Made by a program: the position numbers and the translations under genes
From: an uncultured Gammaproteobacteria bacterium
Lineage (GTDB): Bacteria > Patescibacteriota > Patescibacteriia > UBA10025 > JAHIVO01
Reading direction: 5' to 3'
Length of the DNA: 64,000 nt
NCBI GenBank assembly: GCA_964415025.1
Contig: CAYPXF010000003.1
Location: 41,523 to 105,522, forward strand
The notes under the pieces: model-generated
The model's input: the letters and a program-made list of their open reading frames with translations, nothing else
What the model was told of the DNA's origin: nothing
Database searches by the model: none
Shown here: piece by piece, positions 58,551 to 64,000 of the stretch
How the letters are laid out: every line of letters starts with the position of its first letter
How positions within the stretch are numbered: the stretch's first letter is position 1

Positions 58551-59099
58551 TTATAATAATGTAAAGGTTTTAATAATTGAATATACGGCTTGCTTGGGAT
58601 TGGTTTGACTATTGACCAGTGCGATTTCATTGGCTGTAAATGCGTGCTGAAAGTGAAGCTTAGTCAAGGCCCGGAAGTTTACGCGTATCGGCTGCATCCG
58701 TCCTAACGTGATATGGCTTGCTGCCAGATGCCGCATAGGCTGTCCAATGCCCCGCGCGTCAATAGCGGTATTGATGTCAGAACTGATATCCTGCAGGGAC
58801 TGCGACCCGGTGATATTCAGACAAATAACACGCGGTAAAGCAAATGACGGTAATACGATGAAATCCTGTATACGAACAGATAAGGGCTCATAGGCTGCTA
58901 TATAGCGCGCAACGATTTTCTGTACCCGCTGAATTTCACTGTCTGTGATGTACCCCAGCCAACGGAGCGTGATATGCCACTTATTAGGCGGTTCCCAGCG
59001 TACTGGCCAGTCAAATCTTTTTAATTTTTGCTGGATTCCCAGTATGGCCTTTTTCGTCTGTTCAGGCAAGGTAATAGCTAAAAATAAACGGTTTTTCAT
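58551..59099 (-). CDS. thpR: RNA 2',3'-cyclic phosphodiesterase (2H family, ThpR/LigT)
   Basis: Two H-x-T/S-x motifs (WHITLRWLG, SHITLGRM); start at ATG 59099. Confidence 0.7.
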   Translation of the reverse strand: MKNRLFLAITLPEQTKKAILGIQQKLKRFDWPVRWEPPNKWHITLRWLGYITDSEIQRVQKIVARYIAAYEPLSVRIQDFIVLPSFALPRVICLNITGSQSLQDISSDINTAIDARGIGQPMRHLAASHITLGRMQPIRVNFRALTKLHFQHAFTANEIALVNSQTNPKQAVYSIIKTFTLL

Positions 59100-59254
59100 A
59101 GCTACATTATATCGTTCCAGAGCTTCATTGACAATAAACAATAGCTTTACTACACTAGATAGTAAAACTACTATTAATCGTACATTATACAAGCAAGGAG
59201 GCACTATTGAAAACGTACAAAATGGGTCAAATCCAGCAAGCCAAGGATGAAAAT

Positions 59255-59338
59255 ATGGATACTTCTTTTTGGCCCGGATTGGGCTTTATAATTATTGCTA
59301 TGACAGCAATAATCGTAGCTATCGCTTGCTCAAATTAA
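59255..59338 (+). CDS. Micro-ORF (27 aa, or 38 aa from ATG 59222) encoding a single-TM peptide, immediately upstream of amrS
   Basis: MDTSFWPGLGFIIIAMTAIIVAIACSN; AAGGATG-type RBS 5 nt upstream; followed by a strong terminator. Confidence 0.3.
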   Translation: MDTSFWPGLGFIIIAMTAIIVAIACSN

Positions 59339-59343
59339 TTATC

Positions 59344-59383
59344 AGCCCCCGATGGTACATATCATGGGGGCTTTTTATTATTT
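59344..59383 (+). terminator. Strong intrinsic terminator
   Basis: 10 bp stem AGCCCCCGATG/CATGGGGGCT, 8 nt loop, TTTTTATTATTT. Confidence 0.7.
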
Positions 59384-59409
59384 GCTGATTTTGCTATACT
59401 GTACCATAC

Positions 59410-60435
59410 GTGAAAAAGGCACTACATTACGACACATTAGACAAAAACCGCGTACAGTGCCACGTATGTAACCACCACTGTACGATCGAACCCGGCAAGC
59501 GGGGTATTTGCGCTGTCCGTGAAAACCATGACGGTCGGCTCGACCTTTTGGTATATGGCAAGGCGATTTCAGCATCAATCGATCCAATTGAGAAAAAACC
59601 ATTATTCCATTTCCTGCCCGGCACTACCGCGCTGTCAATCGCGACGGTCGGCTGTAATTTCCGGTGTGATAATTGCCAGAACTGGCAAATTTCCCAGGCC
59701 TCGAAACAGACCGGATACACTGATTTGGAAATTATGGGCGAAGACCTGCCGCCTGAACAAGTCGTCGCTGATGCTGCGGAGCATAATTGCGCCAGTATTG
59801 CCTACACCTATACCGAGCCCACGATCTGGATGGAATATGCGCTTGACTGCATGAAGCTGGCACATGATAAACATATCCGTAACGTATGGGTATCAAACGG
59901 CTACATGTCCGAGCAGACCCGCAGCGCCATACTTCCCTACCTTGACGCGATTAACATTGACTTAAAATTTTTCTCTACCAAACAATACCAGAAAACATGC
60001 GGCGGGAGATTAGATCCAATCCTGAGTAACCTCAAATTCTTTAAACAAAATAATGTGTGGGTAGAGGTAACTACCTTATCAATACCTACCTTGAGCGATG
60101 ATGAGGGACAATTCAGGAATATTGCCGACTTTATTGCTCATGAACTAGGTACGGAAACACCGTGGCATGTATCTGCGTTTTTCCCGAAAATCTCGTACAA
60201 ACTCCGCGATCTGCCGCCGACAAAGGCAAAAACTGTTGAGCGGGCCGTAGCCATCGGAAAAAAAGCAGGATTGCGGCATGTATATAGCGGTAACGTTTCT
60301 GGCCTTGGCTCACAGCACACAAAATGTCCAAAATGTGGTAGTATAGTAATCGACCGTAACGGGTATCATGCTAAACGCCATGATAACCAAGGTGTTTGCC
60401 CGGATTGCGGTTATAAAATAGCTATGATTATATAA
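59410..60435 (+). CDS. amrS: AmmeMemoRadiSam system radical SAM enzyme
   Basis: CNFRCDNCQNWQIS (CxxxCxxC) and the family N-terminal Cys cluster (CHVCNHHC...C); 341 aa. Confidence 0.8.
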   Translation: MKKALHYDTLDKNRVQCHVCNHHCTIEPGKRGICAVRENHDGRLDLLVYGKAISASIDPIEKKPLFHFLPGTTALSIATVGCNFRCDNCQNWQISQASKQTGYTDLEIMGEDLPPEQVVADAAEHNCASIAYTYTEPTIWMEYALDCMKLAHDKHIRNVWVSNGYMSEQTRSAILPYLDAINIDLKFFSTKQYQKTCGGRLDPILSNLKFFKQNNVWVEVTTLSIPTLSDDEGQFRNIADFIAHELGTETPWHVSAFFPKISYKLRDLPPTKAKTVERAVAIGKKAGLRHVYSGNVSGLGSQHTKCPKCGSIVIDRNGYHAKRHDNQGVCPDCGYKIAMII

Positions 60436-60439
60436 AAAT

Positions 60440-61819
60440 ATGCCCTACAAAAAATTATTCGCTAGCATAACAATACTTTTACTCCTGGCACCGAGCATTG
60501 TCCAGGCTGCCAGCTTTTCACCGCATCTTATTATTTCTGACGCCGATCTCCAGAGTGCCGGTATGTCAGTAGAACGCATTCAGCGGTTTTTAGACGACAA
60601 GGGAAATCTAGGCTCGATCCGGGCTGATGATCCCTGGGGCAATACTAAAACGGCCGCGCAAATCATATATGACGCGGCTAAGCATTGGCGTATCAGTCCC
60701 CAGTACCTCATGGTCCGTATGCAGATAGAACAAAGTCTGATTACCGGCTCTGTTACCCAGCGCCGATTGGACTGGGCTACCGGCTACGGGGTATGTGACG
60801 GCTGCTCAAAAGACGATCCTCGGATACAGCAGTACCAGGGCTTTTTTAACCAGGTAAACTGGGCCGCCCGAAAAGTTCGCCAAAGCTATCTCACTGATCT
60901 GGAAAATAAGGGCATGACTTTTACTGGCTGGGGTCCGGGAATAACCAAGCGTACCGGCGATAATTTTGACGTCACGCCAGCGAATAATGCCACCGCCGCG
61001 CTGTATACCTATACCCCCTATGTATACAATGCTAATTATAATATTTGGCGTTTTTGGAATGACTGGTTTACTAAGCAATATCCTGATGGCTCACTGCTCC
61101 AGGTCCATGGCGAACCAGGTGTATACCTGATACAGGATGGTAAAAAGCGCGCCTTCACTTCTAGGACAGCGCTGGTCACACGGTATGACCCCTCCCGTAT
61201 TATCCAGGTATCGTTAAGCGACATAGACGCATACGAGAACGGCCAGCCCTTCAAATTCGCTAATTACTCACTAGTACGTTCAGCGCAGTCAGGCCGCGTG
61301 TTCCTGATTGACGGCAACGAACGCCGCTATATTGAGTCGCCGGAAGTTTTCAGAAAAATCGGATTTAATCCAGAGGAAATAATCGTAGTCAATGAGTCAG
61401 AACTGTCGCCGTATGACTTCGGGACTAACATAAACATGCAGAGCATCCACCCGACCGGCGTTTTACTACAGTCAAAAGAAACCGGCGGTATCACGTACGT
61501 TGAAAACGGCATACGCCATTCCATATGGTCCCGAGAAATTTTACAAAACCGCTATAGCCATCTCACGCCAGTTATCGTAGAGCAATCCACTATTGATCAA
61601 TATTCCAAAGGAGATCCGGTCAAATTCAAGGACGGAGAGCTGATTACTTCACCCGGCTCACGCGGCGTATATTTCATTTCCAACGGTTATAAACGCGGCA
61701 TAGCCAATAAAGACACATTTGACGGACTTGGGTTTAGATGGGAAAATATTACCTGGACATCGGACGAGGCTGTCCGAATTCACCCGACTGGTGAGCCAAT
61801 TGACCTTAACTTAATGTAA
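60440..61819 (+). CDS. Secreted protein (459 aa): N-terminal domain plus three ~75 aa tandem repeats, inserted between amrS and amrB
   Basis: Signal peptide (APSIVQA); three repeats of pattern G.Y(L/F)I.(D/N)G.(K/R)R.I.....F...GF..E.I..V...EL..Y..G. Confidence 0.45.
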   Translation: MPYKKLFASITILLLLAPSIVQAASFSPHLIISDADLQSAGMSVERIQRFLDDKGNLGSIRADDPWGNTKTAAQIIYDAAKHWRISPQYLMVRMQIEQSLITGSVTQRRLDWATGYGVCDGCSKDDPRIQQYQGFFNQVNWAARKVRQSYLTDLENKGMTFTGWGPGITKRTGDNFDVTPANNATAALYTYTPYVYNANYNIWRFWNDWFTKQYPDGSLLQVHGEPGVYLIQDGKKRAFTSRTALVTRYDPSRIIQVSLSDIDAYENGQPFKFANYSLVRSAQSGRVFLIDGNERRYIESPEVFRKIGFNPEEIIVVNESELSPYDFGTNINMQSIHPTGVLLQSKETGGITYVENGIRHSIWSREILQNRYSHLTPVIVEQSTIDQYSKGDPVKFKDGELITSPGSRGVYFISNGYKRGIANKDTFDGLGFRWENITWTSDEAVRIHPTGEPIDLNLM

Positions 61820-61825
61820 TTTATT

Positions 61826-62626
61826 ATGATAGTTTTTGCCGGAGTAACACCGCACCCACCCATTCTGCTGCCGGAAATTGGTAAAGAAAATACCAAATTC
61901 GTCAGCCAAACAGTTAAAAGTATGCAGCGACTAGCCAGTGAACTGTACGCGGCTAAGCCTGATACCGTTATCCTGATTTCACCGCATGGCCCGATGCTGG
62001 CTGATGCCTTTGCCCTGAATATGGCGCCCGAATTCACCGTAGGGTTTAAAGAATTCGGCGATTTAGCCACAGAATATAAAGTCAAAGGTGATGTCGGACT
62101 GATCCATCATTATAAGGAAATTCTCGAAAGCCAAATGCAGATTGTCCTGGTCAATAAGCCAGCGCTAGACCACGGCGCCGGCGTCCCGCTCCACTTTTTC
62201 TTCCAGGCCATGCCCGCTGACTCATTTTCACTGGTACCGATGTCCTTTTCATTGCTTGACTATGCTACGCATTTTACCTTTGGCCGCAAACTGCAGGAAG
62301 ATATTATCAATGATACCAAACGGATTGCAATTATTGCTTCTGGCGATTTATCCCACCGCTTGACAGAGGATGCGCCGGCTGGCTACTCGCACTGGGCGAA
62401 GAAATTTGATGAGACCTTGCTCGAAAAAGTCCAGGCTAAGGACCACGAAGCGCTCATCAATATGGATACGGATTTTATTGAGGAAGCTGGCGAATGCGGT
62501 TTGCGTTCAATTATTATCCTGATGGGTATGCTGAACAGCATGAACTATAATCCAGACGTATACTCATATGAAGGGCCATTTGGCGTCGGCTATGCCGTGA
62601 TAAACCTTAAATTAAATAAAAAATAA
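61826..62626 (+). CDS. amrB: AmmeMemoRadiSam system protein B (Memo1-like dioxygenase fold)
   Basis: VTPHPPILLP...LISPHGP...DHGAGVPLHFF...SGDLSH. Confidence 0.75.
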   Translation: MIVFAGVTPHPPILLPEIGKENTKFVSQTVKSMQRLASELYAAKPDTVILISPHGPMLADAFALNMAPEFTVGFKEFGDLATEYKVKGDVGLIHHYKEILESQMQIVLVNKPALDHGAGVPLHFFFQAMPADSFSLVPMSFSLLDYATHFTFGRKLQEDIINDTKRIAIIASGDLSHRLTEDAPAGYSHWAKKFDETLLEKVQAKDHEALINMDTDFIEEAGECGLRSIIILMGMLNSMNYNPDVYSYEGPFGVGYAVINLKLNKK

Positions 62627-62630
62627 CCTT

Positions 62631-63314
62631 ATGCCAAAAAAAATATTTTACTTAAGTGTTTTTATCGGATTAGGGTTTATCGCCCTGCACATACCATTTA
62701 CTAATATAATTGGCGCTGAACAGCAATTTACATTATTTGACTTTTTCGCGCCGACCATCGGCGCTTTCCTTGCCTCCGCATGGGGCGCGGTTGCCGTGAT
62801 CAGTGTCAAGGTAATCGACGCGCTCGTCACTAATCAGACTTTGGACACTGCTACGGTCATCCGTTTTTTCCCGCTGGCCCTGGCCGCGCTCTACTTCGGT
62901 GCTCGCAGGTGGCGCGCGGTGGTAGCGATAATACCACTCGTGGCTATGGCGCTCTTCGTACTGCATCCAGAGGGCCGTCAAGCCTGGTATTACAGCCTGT
63001 ACTGGCTCCTACCGATGATCGCGGTATTTGCGCCCCGCAGTCTGGCGCTGCGCAGTATTGGCAGTACGTTTACGGCACATGCGATCGGCAGTATCACTTT
63101 TTTATATGCCTTTAATCTGCCGGCGGCGGTATGGATAGGACTCATACCAATCGTGTTTGTGGAGCGCATGCTGTTTGCCGCCGGCATGATGGCGAGCTAC
63201 ATTGCCTTTAATACCGTCCTGGCCCGTATCGCGAATCAGCTGCGTATTACTTCCTTACAACGCCTGGTGCGCCCAGAATACACCCTTTCGAAAAAACTGC
63301 TCGCGCGCCTATAA
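62631..63314 (+). CDS. Polytopic membrane protein (227 aa, about 6 TM segments) inserted between amrB and amrA
   Basis: Hydrophobic profile only; possible small-substrate transporter / ECF S-component-like. Confidence 0.4.
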   Translation: MPKKIFYLSVFIGLGFIALHIPFTNIIGAEQQFTLFDFFAPTIGAFLASAWGAVAVISVKVIDALVTNQTLDTATVIRFFPLALAALYFGARRWRAVVAIIPLVAMALFVLHPEGRQAWYYSLYWLLPMIAVFAPRSLALRSIGSTFTAHAIGSITFLYAFNLPAAVWIGLIPIVFVERMLFAAGMMASYIAFNTVLARIANQLRITSLQRLVRPEYTLSKKLLARL

Positions 63315-63384
63315 TAATAAATACAACGCAGGCGTCTAAAACGCCTGCTTTTTTATCCGTCCGTAATAATGCTATACTATAGGT

Positions 63385-63903
63385 ATGGATGCGTATACGC
63401 AATTAGCCAGACAATCAATCAGTACCTATCTCCAGTCCAGGACGCTGCTCGCCCCTCCGCCTGATTTATCACCTCCGCTGCTCGAACACCAATCTGGGGT
63501 TTTTGTATCACTGCACCGGCGGGAAACAGAAGAGCTCCGCGGCTGTATCGGCACTATACTCCCTACGAAACATACTATTGCCGAAGAAATCATCGCTAAT
63601 GCTGTAAGCGCTGCATTTCGAGATCCCAGGTTTGTCCCGCTTACAGCAGACGAACTGCAGCACATCGAGATAAAAGTTGACGTACTTTCGCCGCTCAGGC
63701 CCGTTTCCAGTATAGATTCGCTCAATCCGGATACGCACGGGTTGCTCGTCAAACACCAAAATAAAACGGGCGTGCTGCTACCAGGAATCGGCATCCCCAG
63801 CGCCGCCGAACAATTCTCCCTGTGTTGCCAAAAAGCGGGTATTGATCCGGGACAATCCGATCCAGCGCTCTACGCCTTTACTGTCGAGCGTCACCGTGAA
63901 TAG
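63385..63903 (+). CDS. amrA: AmmeMemoRadiSam system protein A (AMMECR1 domain)
   Basis: GVFVSLHRRETEELRGCIGTILP...FRDPRFVPL AMMECR1 signature. Confidence 0.75.
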   Translation: MDAYTQLARQSISTYLQSRTLLAPPPDLSPPLLEHQSGVFVSLHRRETEELRGCIGTILPTKHTIAEEIIANAVSAAFRDPRFVPLTADELQHIEIKVDVLSPLRPVSSIDSLNPDTHGLLVKHQNKTGVLLPGIGIPSAAEQFSLCCQKAGIDPGQSDPALYAFTVERHRE

Positions 63904-63911
63904 TGAGCCTA

Positions 63912-64000
63912 TGAAAGAACAATTCGCTGAAGTAATTTTATCGCAGCGCTTCCCGAAACACATGGGCATTTTTGATTATGCGGTACCGGCCGCACTGGCT
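63912..64000 (+). CDS. priA: Possible N-terminus of primosomal protein N' (partial, runs off the window end)
   Basis: MKEQFAEVILSQRFPKHMGIFDYAVP resembles the PriA N-terminal (..V.LP....FDY.VP) pattern; only ~29 codons visible. Confidence 0.3.

Noticed and set aside
1-64000. CRISPR arrays and cas operons (prompted by the Cas4-like gene)
   Set aside because: No regularly spaced direct repeats of 25-40 nt anywhere in the window. The Cas4-like gene stands alone between ftsQ and hup.
1-64000. Alternative genetic code (UGA recoding as in some CPR lineages)
   Set aside because: Several well-conserved genes end at TGA with normal lengths (for example the GT4 gene at 5796-5798 TGA, followed immediately by the next ATG), and the standard-code ORFs are full length.

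Overview
This 64 kb window from a compact bacterial chromosome is mostly core housekeeping and cell-envelope genes on the + strand, with one accessory stretch around a Xer-like recombinase. Lysine-rich extensions on ribosomal proteins and RpoA, many GT/DUF genes, and TGA used as a normal stop suggest (inference) a small-genome Gram-positive-like or CPR/Patescibacteria-like lineage.

Main blocks, in order:
- 1-3.2 kb: ribosomal protein / rpoA operon (rpsK-rpsD-rpoA-rplQ, then rplM-rpsI).
- 3.2-13.9 kb: a surface-glycan locus with a Wzx-like flippase, five glycosyltransferases, a Wzy/ligase-like polytopic protein, a DUF4012 protein and an embedded MreB paralog.
- 13.9-31.1 kb: holB, frr, rseP, proS, a canonical mreBCD-mrdA(PBP2) operon, greA, lysS, serS, and an alr-ddl-ftsQ cell-wall block.
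- 31.1-42.6 kb: a frameshifted Cas4-like nuclease, HU on the - strand, a 1 kb ORF-poor spacer, a Xer-like tyrosine recombinase with an upstream perfect palindrome, an AT-rich NYN-RNase / HEPN-like / small-TM module, a diverged duplicate of the recombinase 3' end, and a run of secreted, cysteine-rich and membrane proteins (surface protein, methyltransferase, hydrolase, zincin, Gmad2-like).
- 42.6-59.1 kb, - strand: M23 peptidase, gltX, permease, macro domain, Nnr dehydratase, rlmH, DUF2207, yhhQ overlapping a tagA-like GT26, thpR.
- 59.4-63.9 kb: the three AmmeMemoRadiSam genes (amrS, amrB, amrA) separated by a secreted repeat protein and a membrane protein, then the start of priA.

No rRNA, tRNA or CRISPR array was found. 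Several intrinsic terminators, one sigma70-like promoter and some small unannotated ORFs are also listed.
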